Shown here one piece after another: positions 38,201 to 47,091 of a DNA stretch of 52,507 nucleotides. A program made the translations under genes and the position numbers. Each line of letters starts with the position of its first letter. The stretch's first letter is position 1. The notes beneath the pieces are model-generated. The model had not been told where the DNA came from. It searched no databases and worked only from the letters and a program-made list of their open reading frames with translations. This DNA is from a virus (taxonomy: Duplodnaviria; Caudoviricetes): the IMG/VR virus record IMGVR_UViG_3300028388_005074, positions 1 through 52,507 of that record. One strand, written 5' to 3'.

Positions 38201-39970
38201 GTTGGCGAGGGCGATTACGGCGCGTTCTCAATTATAACTGATCAGCCAACAGTTGGTGAATCGACAATAGATCAGACGCAGGCTCTTGAAGCTGATGACA
38301 TTGCAACTGGTCAGCCAATAGTTAGCGAATCAACTGTTGATCAGACGCAGGCTCTTGAAGCTGATGACATTGCAACTGGTCAACCAATTGTAACGGATGC
38401 TACGATTGATCAAGATCATCAACTGTTGATAGATGCTATCGTAACTGATCAGCCAACAATCGGCGAATCGACGATAGATCAGACGCAGGCTCTTGAAGCT
38501 GATGACATTGCAACGGGCGATCCAATTGTAACGGATGCTACGATTGATCAACAGCATCAGTTGCCGGCAACTGAGATCGCTACAGGCCAACCTACAATTG
38601 GCGATACAGATATCGACGAAGGCAACTTTACCGTACCAGAAATTATTGTTACGGAAAGTCCTATCGTCGGCGAATCTACAATTGACCAAACACACAACAT
38701 TTCTGTTGACAATATAACAACAGCCGTGGCAGCTGTCAATGAAACAACCGTCAGTCAAACACACGACCTGGCGGCGACCAATATTATCATAGAAAATCCT
38801 GTTGTCGGTAGCCCGTCAGTTGGCCAAACAGAGGCTCTAGAGTCCCAAAACATCGTCACCGGTGAGCCCACTCTGCAAACAACAGAAGCGGATGAAGACA
38901 ACGCGATTGTTGTTACATCAATTGTGGCTGGCCAACCAACACTCGGCGACACTTCAATACAACAGCAGCACGATCTGCTAGCTGCTGGCGTGTTTGCTGG
39001 ATTGCCAGTTATTTCAACAACCCAAATACAACAGCAGCACGACCTGCTAGCAAACGGTGTTGTAACCGGCCAACCAACTGTTAACGTCACTGATATCGAC
39101 GAAGGTAACTTTACTATTCCAGCTGGCATTGTTGCCGGCGCGCCAATTGTGGCCTTCTCGGAGATCAACCAACAGCACAACATTTTTTCAGACGATATTG
39201 CTACTGCGCCAGTATTGGGCGCCGCCAATATCACGCAAACACACGACTTAATAGTCAGCGGCATTGTCGGCGCAGCGCCGGAACTTGGAACTACTGTTGT
39301 AGGTCAAGCAGAACAGCTAGAGGCAAATGAAATTGTTTCCGGCGCGCCAACTGTTGGTAATGCGGAGTTGGATGAGGGTAACGCTCTTCGGCCGGGCGCG
39401 CTCGTTACAGGAACGCCAACAATTGGCGCCACAACAATAAGTCAAACACATGCAATTGACAATGGAGATATTGTCGCGCCACCGCCGGTAGTTGGATCTC
39501 CAACGGGTGGATATGTAATTGAAGTAGATCCAACTGTTAGTGGATCTCCAGACATTGGCGAGACTACCGTCACCCAATCGCACACGTTGTCGGCAAATTC
39601 GATTGTGGGCAGCTCTCCTGAAGTTGGCAATGTAAATTATCAATCAATAAACAATCTACAGCCTATATCAATTATTTCTGGGCAACCGGATGTTGGCAAT
39701 ACGGAGTATATTGAAGGTCAACTAGCAGCGGGGGAAGATCTTACGACCGGAGAGCCAACAGTTGGCACACCGAATCTCATCCCATATGTTCCGCGTGCAG
39801 TTAATGCTACTGAAAATGAAGCAACCGCAAATAATATCATCATAAATACAGGCAACAGAAACGTTGTTGTTATTGACAATCAATATCCAAACAGCGCGGA
39901 TATTCAGCTAAGTAATAAACGCAACTTGACCACAATCGAAATAAATGGATTTAATAAGGTAATTACATGA
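35204..39970 (+). CDS. Giant acidic tandem-repeat virion protein (1588 aa)
   Basis: About 60 units of 23 aa (e.g. GTTELDEENNLQPVSIATSAPAI, DTSAVNQTHTLSADTIIVGAPAV), with almost no Lys/Arg/Cys in the repeat region. Confidence 0.9.
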   Translation: MSNHWILQQGAWDDTGVWSDSDFWIDANDPLTADNITAGVPAVGEITLTQQHNFTIKTAIGLDGDESGDLLAEGDESGELLTDGDAGTLLTGRPVLATTELDEENNLQPVSIATSAPVINTSAVNQTHTISADTIIVGAPAVGTTELDEENNLQPVSIATSAPAIGTTTLEISTIEFTTSNIVAGTPSVSTTELDEENNLQPVSIVTEAPAIDTSAVNQTHTLSADTIIVGAPAVGTSDITQTHSLDANSIATGNPSIGTTEADEDNSLVPVDIVTGVVSLQTSEIAQTHTLTANNILSGVPVLQAAAIAQTHVISTENIITDAPTLGTTEADEANALIPVGINTGSPIIGTSAITQTQNISANNIVSEAPVVQSSIITQSHVLVGEVVNSGSPTLGTTELDENNALIPAGIVTAAPILATTEADEGNFLIPVAIATGTPELATTELDEENSLQPSSITSGSPTLGTSAISEENALAATSIVTGNPTLGTTELDENNALIPAGVVTAAPILATTEADEGNFLIPVAIVAGVPELATTELSEENALTTTSIVTGDPTLGTTEADEDNAIVPTGIATGDPTLDTTELDETNALATVAITTNSPTLGTTELDETNDLSAEEIVTGAPVVGTTEADEDNTLVPVAIVANSPTLQTSTIAQTHDLSVNGVVSGGPALQTAGIAQTHVITAENVATGAPTLGTTEADEDNSLVPVGIVTGQPTLGATELDETNAIVVVSITTGLPTLNTTELDEINALIAEGIVTGAPVVGTTEADEDNSLQPINITTSAVVVGTSNINQTHVISTENIVTDQPTVDNAELVQQQALTPSNINFGVPTVSVADISQTHIFDVVEIITDLPTIGTTELDENNSLQPMSIATDAPTLGTTELDETNALSAEEIVAGIPVVDPATISQSHQLQSVDITTATPIISESNINQTQSLNVGEITAGQPTVGESTIDQTQVLEPVSFNAGQPTLGAAAIEQTHNLAGKLITTGLPTLGTSVLVGEGDYGAFSIITDQPTVGESTIDQTQALEADDIATGQPIVSESTVDQTQALEADDIATGQPIVTDATIDQDHQLLIDAIVTDQPTIGESTIDQTQALEADDIATGDPIVTDATIDQQHQLPATEIATGQPTIGDTDIDEGNFTVPEIIVTESPIVGESTIDQTHNISVDNITTAVAAVNETTVSQTHDLAATNIIIENPVVGSPSVGQTEALESQNIVTGEPTLQTTEADEDNAIVVTSIVAGQPTLGDTSIQQQHDLLAAGVFAGLPVISTTQIQQQHDLLANGVVTGQPTVNVTDIDEGNFTIPAGIVAGAPIVAFSEINQQHNIFSDDIATAPVLGAANITQTHDLIVSGIVGAAPELGTTVVGQAEQLEANEIVSGAPTVGNAELDEGNALRPGALVTGTPTIGATTISQTHAIDNGDIVAPPPVVGSPTGGYVIEVDPTVSGSPDIGETTVTQSHTLSANSIVGSSPEVGNVNYQSINNLQPISIISGQPDVGNTEYIEGQLAAGEDLTTGEPTVGTPNLIPYVPRAVNATENEATANNIIINTGNRNVVVIDNQYPNSADIQLSNKRNLTTIEINGFNKVIT
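35470..39790 (+). repeat. Coding 69-bp tandem repeat array with near-identical internal duplications
   Basis: Near-identical blocks at 35501/35639/35780, 36401/36677 (276 bp apart) and 38271/38340/38478 (69 and 138 bp apart). Confidence 0.9.
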
Positions 39971-40290
39971 CTTTTTATATAAAGCAAAATGACACCTCAC
40001 CTTCGATTCAGGCTACGCTTGAAAATGGTGATGGGCAAAAAGTCAATCTCTCGGGGTGCTCCATTCGTTTTTATATGAAAGAAATTGGTTCTGCTACAGT
40101 AAAGGTGGATGGTGCTGTAACCGTTGTTAATGAAAACACTGGATTAATTAGATACGATTGGGTTGATTCAGATACAAATGTAGCCGGTAATTACCACGGC
40201 GAGTTTCAGGTAACATATCCATCAACAAAAGTGGAAACTTTTCCCAATGATGGATATATTAAAATCAAAATAACTGATGATATTAAGTAG
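39967..40290 (+). CDS. BppU N-terminal-like Ig-fold adaptor (107 aa)
   Basis: FYIKQNDTSP.I.ATL...V.L.G....F.M...G...Y.W...DT...G.Y.GEFQVTY....ETFPN.GYI.I.I. Confidence 0.7.
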   Translation: MTFYIKQNDTSPSIQATLENGDGQKVNLSGCSIRFYMKEIGSATVKVDGAVTVVNENTGLIRYDWVDSDTNVAGNYHGEFQVTYPSTKVETFPNDGYIKIKITDDIK

Positions 40291-40298
40291 GGATACCC

Positions 40299-41054
40299 AT
40301 GGCAAGACCAAATTCTAGATCAACTCTTTTGTCTCATTGTTTGGGACGCTTGGGTGAACCTGTTATCCAAGTCAATGTCGCTCCTGAACAATTAGAAGAT
40401 CGCCTTGACGACGCTTTAGATAAATTTTCGCAGTATCACTACGACGCTACGCATAGGGCGTATATCTCATATCAATTAACAGCAGCAGATATTACTAATA
40501 AGTATATTCCTGTCTCCGATTCTATTGCTTATGTAACAAAAGTGTTTGCATTCAACACAAGTTTCGGTAGCTCTTCTAGCTTTTTCGATATTAAATATCA
40601 AATGATGTTAAATGATATTACAAGCATCCATACGTGGTTTGGCGATCTAGCATATTACGATCAATTGCAGCAATACCTAACTACAATGGATATGCTTATT
40701 AACGGGCAACCACAAATTGAGTTTTCGAGAAAACAGAATAGAGTTTATTTATTTGGTAATATAGAAGATCAAGATATTGTTGAAGGTGATTGGGTTGTCA
40801 TGGAGGTTCTTCAGATTGTAGATCCTGATACATTTACCGAAGTGTGGAATGACGATTGGCTAAAAGATTACACCACTGCTCTAATTAAACGACAGTGGGG
40901 TCAAAATCTTATAAAGTTTGAAGGCATGCAGCTTCCAGGAGGTGTTCTTCTCAATGGCCGCCAAATTTATGACGACGCTATAGCAGACATTGAAAGACTA
41001 GAAGAAAAACTTCGCCTTGATAAAGAGCTTCCGCCAGAATTTATGATTGGATAA
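40299..41054 (+). CDS. gp13: Neck protein gp13
   Basis: P.SR..L..HCL.RLG.PVI.VNV..EQ.EDR.DDAL, WLKDY.TALIKRQWGQNL.KFEG.QLPGGV.LNG. Confidence 0.96.
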   Translation: MARPNSRSTLLSHCLGRLGEPVIQVNVAPEQLEDRLDDALDKFSQYHYDATHRAYISYQLTAADITNKYIPVSDSIAYVTKVFAFNTSFGSSSSFFDIKYQMMLNDITSIHTWFGDLAYYDQLQQYLTTMDMLINGQPQIEFSRKQNRVYLFGNIEDQDIVEGDWVVMEVLQIVDPDTFTEVWNDDWLKDYTTALIKRQWGQNLIKFEGMQLPGGVLLNGRQIYDDAIADIERLEEKLRLDKELPPEFMIG

Positions 41055-41057
41055 TAA

Positions 41058-41951
41058 ATGGTAACTAATCTATATTTTGAGCAGGGAGTTGCTTCCGAAC
41101 AGGACTTATATGAGAATATAGTCATTGAAGCTCTACAAGCTTACGGTCAGGATGTTTATTATCTGCCTCGCGATATCGTCAATGAAGATCTAATTCTAGG
41201 GGATGATATTCCTTCAAGATTTAACAGCTCATATCGCATTGAGATGTACATAGAAAATCTTGAGGGGTTTGATGGAGAAGGTGACCTGTTTACTAAATTT
41301 GGCGTTGAGATCCGCGATCAGGCGACTTTTGTCGTTGCGCGCAAGAGATGGACCCAAGCTGTAAAACGTCTTGATAATGAAATCAGCGGTGAGCGGCCGC
41401 GCGAAGGAGATTTAATTTGGCTTCCGATGAGCAAATCGCTGTTTCAAATAATGCACGTCGAGCACGAGCAGCCATTTTACCAATTGAAAAATCTTCCGAC
41501 ATATAAACTGCGCTGTGAGTTGTTCGAATACAGTGGCGAAGATTTTGATACCGGTCTTGGCGATGTCGACGCAATACAATATCTCGGATATCAGCAAATT
41601 CTCACACTTACTGATTCAGCAGATGTCAACTTTGTTGTCGGCAACACAGTTACTCAGTCGTTGAATTCTGGCATTACTGTAACAGGTGAAATTGCAGATT
41701 ACAACGATTCAGATAATACACTAGCGGTTGTACAGGTTGGAAATGATGATAGCGATGAAATTAGATTCCATATGTTTGTAACAGGCATTAACATTAAGTC
41801 AGTTGATTCAGATGGCAACACGTTAACAAGAACTGTTTCCGCTATTACAGAAGATCTTGCCGGCGAGAATGAACAAAATGAAGTGTTTAGAACAGAAGGT
41901 GCTGATCTAATCGATTTTACTGAAAGCAATCCATTCGGAGAACCACTGTAA
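41058..41951 (+). CDS. gp14: Neck protein gp14
   Basis: EQ.LYE....EA...YGQDVYYLPR, GF.GEGD...KFG.EIRD, RPREGDLI, HEQPFYQL, ESNPFGE. Confidence 0.96.
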   Translation: MVTNLYFEQGVASEQDLYENIVIEALQAYGQDVYYLPRDIVNEDLILGDDIPSRFNSSYRIEMYIENLEGFDGEGDLFTKFGVEIRDQATFVVARKRWTQAVKRLDNEISGERPREGDLIWLPMSKSLFQIMHVEHEQPFYQLKNLPTYKLRCELFEYSGEDFDTGLGDVDAIQYLGYQQILTLTDSADVNFVVGNTVTQSLNSGITVTGEIADYNDSDNTLAVVQVGNDDSDEIRFHMFVTGINIKSVDSDGNTLTRTVSAITEDLAGENEQNEVFRTEGADLIDFTESNPFGEPL

Positions 41952-42739
41952 TGTTTGGCTCTTATTTTTACCATCAGCGTATTAAAAAAAGCGTTGCTGT
42001 ATTTGGATCGCTATTTAATAACATTTACGTCGCCCGCACTGGCGCTGATAACACTCATGTTAGCCAAGAAAAGGTGCCTTTATCATATGCACCCAAACGT
42101 AAATTTATTGAGCGGCTAAGAGAAAATCCAGATCTAGACAATGACACAAAAATTGCTGTCAAATTACCTCGAATGTCGTTTGAGATGATAACAGTTGCGT
42201 ATGATCCAACCAGGCAGCTACAAAAGACAAATACGTTTAGCAGACCAAGTAATACAAGTCCTAGTTTTAGAAATAAATTTTATACCGGGGTTCCTTATAA
42301 TATTAGCTTTCAGCTAAACATTTACTCTAAAACGCACGATGATGCTCTACAAGTTGTAGAGCAAATTGTTCCATTTTTCAGCCCACAATACACTTTAACC
42401 GTTAAACCGTTTAAAGAATTTCCAGATGTAAAAGAAGATGTACCAATCACTCTCAATAATGTTACGTTTACTGATGATTATGAAGGCGCTTTAGAAGCGC
42501 GAAGAACAATTATCTACACTCTAGATTTTGAAATGAAGGTTACCTTCTACAGTGGGATTGAGGATGTTGGTGTTATTCGTAAGGCTATTGTTGAGCTATA
42601 TAATATGCATGGAGGTCTATATGATTCTGACATTCTTCTCGAAACGATTACTGTTGAACCCGATCCTCTAGATGCAGAAACAAAAAATGACGTGGTTGGG
42701 TACACCACAAATATTATACCAGCATTGGATAGTGCATGA
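41951..42739 (+). CDS. gp15: Tail sheath stabiliser/completion protein gp15
   Basis: YFYHQ.I.K.V..FG.LFN.I, KVPLSYAPK.KF, LPRMSFE, D.LQ.VEQI.PFF.P, RR.IIYTL.F. Confidence 0.96.
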   Translation: MFGSYFYHQRIKKSVAVFGSLFNNIYVARTGADNTHVSQEKVPLSYAPKRKFIERLRENPDLDNDTKIAVKLPRMSFEMITVAYDPTRQLQKTNTFSRPSNTSPSFRNKFYTGVPYNISFQLNIYSKTHDDALQVVEQIVPFFSPQYTLTVKPFKEFPDVKEDVPITLNNVTFTDDYEGALEARRTIIYTLDFEMKVTFYSGIEDVGVIRKAIVELYNMHGGLYDSDILLETITVEPDPLDAETKNDVVGYTTNIIPALDSA

Positions 42740-43092
42740 ACGATTCTGACATGATATCAAATCTTGACTTTGAATTTTCGCGGCGTGTTTATTATGAGCT
42801 AATTAATAAAGGCTTAGAACAGCTTGATAGAGCTTCTGATTTAGCAGATCAGTTACAGCACCCTAGGGCGTTTGAAGTTGTGGGTAGCATTCTTAAGAAT
42901 GTTGCGGACACAAACGAAAAGCTTTTGGATCTCAGTAAAAAGAAAAAAGAAATTAGTGGCAAAATCGAAGAACCAAAAACGACAAACAATAATCTGTTTA
43001 TTGGTAGCACTTCAGAATTACAAAAGCTATTAATTGCCCCTCCCAAAGATGAAATAAACGTGACACCTGAATCCGATGAGCGCTCAGACTGA
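42736..43092 (+). CDS. gp16: Terminase small subunit gp16
   Basis: DFEFSR..YY.LI.KG, HPRAFEV, TTNNNLFIGSTSELQKLL. Confidence 0.93.
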   Translation: MNDSDMISNLDFEFSRRVYYELINKGLEQLDRASDLADQLQHPRAFEVVGSILKNVADTNEKLLDLSKKKKEISGKIEEPKTTNNNLFIGSTSELQKLLIAPPKDEINVTPESDERSD

Positions 43093-44689
43093 TCATTACC
43101 TCGGAAATGTAAATGTAAAAAAGGACGGCGTCGTCCACGAATTTACACAATACGAGATTGAAGAATACTTAAAGTGTATGAAAGACCCGTCATACTTTGC
43201 TATTAGGTATTGCAAAGTTATTTCTCTTGACAAAGGTCTGGTTCCGTTTAAGTTATATCCGTATCAAAAGAAAATGTTTGATCATTTTAATGCTAATAGA
43301 TTTAGCATTGTACTTGCTTGTAGGCAATCAGGAAAATCAATTTCGTCAGTTGCTTATTTGCTTTGGTATGCATTATTCCATCCAGACAAGACGATTGCAA
43401 TTCTAGCTAACAAAGGCCAAACTGCGCGCGAGATGTTGGCGCGCGTTACGCTAATGCTGGAGAACTTGCCATTCTTCTTGCAACCGGGTTGTAAGTCTCT
43501 AAACAAAGGTTCGATGGAGTTTAGCAACAATTCAAGAATTATTACAGCCGCGACAACCGGATCGTCGATTCGAGGGATGTCTATTAACCTGCTGTATTTG
43601 GACGAATTTGCATTTGTTGAAAATGCGGCAACCTTTTATACATCAACGTATCCAGTTATTTCGGCTGGTAAGGATACCAAAGTTATTATTACATCAACGG
43701 CAAATGGGGTTGGTAACACATATCACTCGATTTGGGAAGGTGCAACTCAGGGAACAAACGAATACAAGCCGTTTCGTGTTGATTGGTGGGACGTTCCTGG
43801 GCGAGATGAAGCTTGGAAAGCACAAACGATCCGAAATACGTCTCAACTACAATTCGATCAAGAATTTGGCAACACATTCTTTGGCACAGGCGACACGTTA
43901 ATTGCTCCGGAAGCTTTATTAAAGCTAAGAGCAAAAGAACCAATTAGATACACAGAAAACAATCTATGCAGAATATATGAAGAACCAGAAAAAGATCATA
44001 ACTATGTAATTACTGTAGATGTATCAAAAGGAATTGGCGGCGATTATTCGGTATTCAATATAATAGACATTACCACATCACCATTTAAACAAGTCGCTGT
44101 ATATCAAAATAACAAAATATCACCAATTCTTTTTCCAAATGTTATTTGGAAATACGCGCAAGCATATAATAATGCGTATGTTGTAGTCGAGTCCAATGAC
44201 CAAGGCGCAATCGTTTGTAATGGGTTATATTACGAGCTTGAATACGAACATCTGCATATCGAGTCGGCAATTAAAGCAGATAAACTCGGTATTATGATGA
44301 ATCGCAAAGTAAAACGTCTGGGCTGCTCTGCAATCAAAGATGTTGTTGAAAATAACAAAATAGAAATTGTCGATAAAGCAACTATTATCGAAATGTCAAC
44401 CTTTGTTGCAAAAGGACAATCATACGAAGCGTCAGATGGCAATCACGACGACTTGATGATGTCGCTGGTAATGTTTGGCTACTTTGCCACTAGTCATGCA
44501 TTTGGCGAGCTGACTGATATTAATATTAAGCACATGCTGTTCAATCAAATGATGAAAGATATTGAAGACGATACGTTACCGTTTATTCAATACGATGACG
44601 GGTCTGAATATATGGAAGTGTTGCAAGCCAGAGAAGATCCATGGCTCGTGGACAACTCAGAAGAGCACTTAGAGTGGGATCAAATTTAA
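43076..44689 (+). CDS. gp17: Terminase large subunit gp17
   Basis: YLGN.NVK, RQSGKS (Walker A), LYLDEFAFV (Walker B), ITSTANG, VDVSKG...DYS, HDDLMM. Confidence 0.98.
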   Translation: MSAQTDHYLGNVNVKKDGVVHEFTQYEIEEYLKCMKDPSYFAIRYCKVISLDKGLVPFKLYPYQKKMFDHFNANRFSIVLACRQSGKSISSVAYLLWYALFHPDKTIAILANKGQTAREMLARVTLMLENLPFFLQPGCKSLNKGSMEFSNNSRIITAATTGSSIRGMSINLLYLDEFAFVENAATFYTSTYPVISAGKDTKVIITSTANGVGNTYHSIWEGATQGTNEYKPFRVDWWDVPGRDEAWKAQTIRNTSQLQFDQEFGNTFFGTGDTLIAPEALLKLRAKEPIRYTENNLCRIYEEPEKDHNYVITVDVSKGIGGDYSVFNIIDITTSPFKQVAVYQNNKISPILFPNVIWKYAQAYNNAYVVVESNDQGAIVCNGLYYELEYEHLHIESAIKADKLGIMMNRKVKRLGCSAIKDVVENNKIEIVDKATIIEMSTFVAKGQSYEASDGNHDDLMMSLVMFGYFATSHAFGELTDINIKHMLFNQMMKDIEDDTLPFIQYDDGSEYMEVLQAREDPWLVDNSEEHLEWDQI

Positions 44690-44695
44690 ACATTC

Positions 44696-44703
44696 TATAA
44701 ATA
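44696..44703 (+). promoter_or_regulatory. T4-type late promoter
   Basis: TATAAATA upstream of gp18. Confidence 0.85.
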
Positions 44704-44765
44704 TTGGTAATGAATTATTCTTATAATGACACGCTTATAATTGCTCACTGGAAAAGGAAAAGCAA

Positions 44766-46493
44766 ATGGCCATTTTCACTCCTTCAGAATCTCCAGCAGT
44801 AATCGTCAGAGAAATTGACCTTACGGGTGTTGTTCCAAATACCCAGTCAACAACCGGCGCTTATGTTGGAAACTTTCGTTGGGGTCCTGTAGAAGAAGTT
44901 ACACTAGTCGGCAACGAGGCTGAGCTAGTTAACGCTTTCGGTTCCCCTTCTGATAGTAATGCTGTAGATTTTCTATCTGCAGAATATTTCCTAAGATACT
45001 CCGGTAACTTAAACGTTGTTCGTATGATTGACAGCGATGCTGTTTCAGCTACAGACAGCGATTTTGGAGTTACTGTTGTAGTAAAAAACGAAGATAATTT
45101 TGCTGCGCAGCAATCAACCTTGGATTCGGCAAACGGAGTGTTTGTTGCAAGATATCCAGGTGCGCTGGGCAATGCTATTCGGATCTCTGTCTGCCCTGTT
45201 TCAACTGCCGATTCGGCTTTTGACAGCTGGACTTATGCCGGCGAGTTTGACGCCGCTCCAGGAACATCATCTTTTGCTGCTTCTATAGGTGCATCCAACG
45301 ACGAAATTCACGTTGTTGTTGCCGATCGCACTGGTGAGATCACAGGCACTCCTGGATCAATACTGGAAACATTCCCATTCTTGTCTGTTGCTTCAAACGC
45401 TAAGCGCGATGACGGCACGTCAAATTATATGCTTGACGTTCTCAACTCAGCATCCAACTTTGTATATCAAGTAGGCTGGGGATCAGGAAAGTTTGGATCT
45501 AACTTTGGCGCGGCCGCGATTGCAAGTAGAGATTTTCTAGATGCTTCTGTTGATAACGTGTATCAAAGAAACTTTGCTCGTGGCGTAAATTCAAGTGCTC
45601 TTGGTGCTGATGAATATGCTAACGGTTTTGCACTAATGTCAGATAAAGACACCGTGCAGCTAGATTTCTTAATTGCGCCATCAATGGTATCTCGAGTTTC
45701 TCAGACTACTGTAGTTAACGATCTTGTTTCAATTGCTCAGGCAACGCGCAAAGATTGTGTTGTCGTAGCATCACCAGCTCGAAACGACATCATTAACAAT
45801 AATTCGCCTGTCACAGACGCTGTTGCTACAGCCAACACACTAACAAATTCATCTTACCTCGTACTGGATAATAACTTCCTCAAGGTATATGACAAGTATA
45901 ACGACAAGTATCGTTGGATTCCTGCGTCTTCATCAACAGCTGGTATTATGGCTGCTACAGATCTAAATGCTGCTCCGTGGTTCTCACCAGCAGGCGCCCG
46001 GCGCGGTCAGTATCTAGGTATTACTTCTCTCGCTTATACTCCAACAAAGGCAGAGCGCGATACTCTCTATAAGGCTGGTATCAACCCAATTGCAAATCTT
46101 CCCGGTCAGGGAGTTCTGCTATATGGCGATAAAACCAAGCTAAATAGACCAAGTGCATTCGATCGTATCAACGTACGTCGTCTATTCTTGGTAATGGAAC
46201 GCGCGATCGCAATTGCAGCTCGCAACACGCTATTTGAATTTAACGACGAGTTTACTCGCGCTGAGTTTGTAAATATTGTTGAGCCGTTCCTGAGAGAAAT
46301 AAAAGGTCGTCGTGGTATTACAGACTTCCGTGTTGTATGTGATGAGACGAACAACACCCCAGCTGTTATCGATCGTAATGAGTTCATTGCTAGCATCTTC
46401 GTCAAGCCAGCGCGCTCTATCAATTACGTAACTCTAAACTTCGTAGCTGTTAGAACTGGCGTTGACTTTGAAGAAGTAGTTGGCACGGTATAA
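44766..46493 (+). CDS. gp18: Tail sheath protein gp18
   Basis: SPAVIVREIDLT, F.WGPV, PWFSPAG..RG, GDKT....SAFDRINVRRLF, KPARSINYVTLNFVAVRTGV.F.E. Confidence 0.98.
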   Translation: MAIFTPSESPAVIVREIDLTGVVPNTQSTTGAYVGNFRWGPVEEVTLVGNEAELVNAFGSPSDSNAVDFLSAEYFLRYSGNLNVVRMIDSDAVSATDSDFGVTVVVKNEDNFAAQQSTLDSANGVFVARYPGALGNAIRISVCPVSTADSAFDSWTYAGEFDAAPGTSSFAASIGASNDEIHVVVADRTGEITGTPGSILETFPFLSVASNAKRDDGTSNYMLDVLNSASNFVYQVGWGSGKFGSNFGAAAIASRDFLDASVDNVYQRNFARGVNSSALGADEYANGFALMSDKDTVQLDFLIAPSMVSRVSQTTVVNDLVSIAQATRKDCVVVASPARNDIINNNSPVTDAVATANTLTNSSYLVLDNNFLKVYDKYNDKYRWIPASSSTAGIMAATDLNAAPWFSPAGARRGQYLGITSLAYTPTKAERDTLYKAGINPIANLPGQGVLLYGDKTKLNRPSAFDRINVRRLFLVMERAIAIAARNTLFEFNDEFTRAEFVNIVEPFLREIKGRRGITDFRVVCDETNNTPAVIDRNEFIASIFVKPARSINYVTLNFVAVRTGVDFEEVVGTV

Positions 46494-46515
46494 TAGCGTC
46501 AAAGGAGAATAAACA

Positions 46516-47043
46516 ATGGCTATTCTAGGCGTAGATGACTTCAAGTCAAAGCTAAGAGGTGGTGGCGCTAGACCGAATCTCTTCAAAGTGACAATCAATT
46601 TTCCCACTTATGCTGGTGGGGACGTTGAACTAACTTCGTTTCTTTGCGAAACCGCCCAATTGCCCGGCTCGGTTATGGGAACAATTATTGTTCCTTTTCG
46701 TGGTCGACAGGTAAAGGTCGCAGGCGATCGCACGTTTGAGCCTTGGATTGTTCAGGTGATCAATGATACTGATTTTAATGTTCGCAATGCAATGGAACGT
46801 TGGATGAATGGTATTAATGCTCACTCAGCAAACACAGGTATTACGAATCCTGTCGATTATGAAGCTGATCTAATTGTAGAACAACTCGATCGTGATGGAT
46901 CCACAGTTAAGACATACAATATGCGTGGATGCTTCCCATCAAGCGTTTCTCCAATCGATTTGAATTATGCATCTAACGACGAGATTGAGCGGTTCCAGGT
47001 AACGTTTGAGGTTCAGTATTGGGAAAGCGGAACTACATCGTAA
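46516..47043 (+). CDS. gp19: Tail tube protein gp19
   Basis: FKSKL.GGGARPNLFKV, FRGR..K.AGDRTFE.W, ND.DF..R...E.W.N.IN. Confidence 0.97.
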   Translation: MAILGVDDFKSKLRGGGARPNLFKVTINFPTYAGGDVELTSFLCETAQLPGSVMGTIIVPFRGRQVKVAGDRTFEPWIVQVINDTDFNVRNAMERWMNGINAHSANTGITNPVDYEADLIVEQLDRDGSTVKTYNMRGCFPSSVSPIDLNYASNDEIERFQVTFEVQYWESGTTS

Positions 47044-47053
47044 TAAATAAGAA

Positions 47054-47080
47054 AAAGAGGGGCAACTCTTGCCCCTCTTT
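47054..47080 (+). terminator. Hairpin terminator after gp19
   Basis: AAAGAGGGGCAA-CTC-TTGCCCCTCTTT. An AATAAATA late-promoter variant lies at 47042-47049. Confidence 0.85.
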
Positions 47081-47091
47081 AACTGTAAGGG

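Noticed and set aside
35470-39790. Regularly spaced DNA repeats resembling a CRISPR array
   Set aside because: The period is 69 bp (23 codons) inside one open frame with synonymous variation. There is no repeat-spacer structure and no cas gene.
16234-46493. DS enrichment as a by-product of selection for GANTC (CcrM) DNA sites
   Set aside because: GAY-TCN does create GANTC, but several DSD sites use AGC serine codons (e.g. GATAGCGAT near 22806, GACAGCGAT twice in gp18). GANTC also would not constrain the third residue. Not fully excluded without counting.
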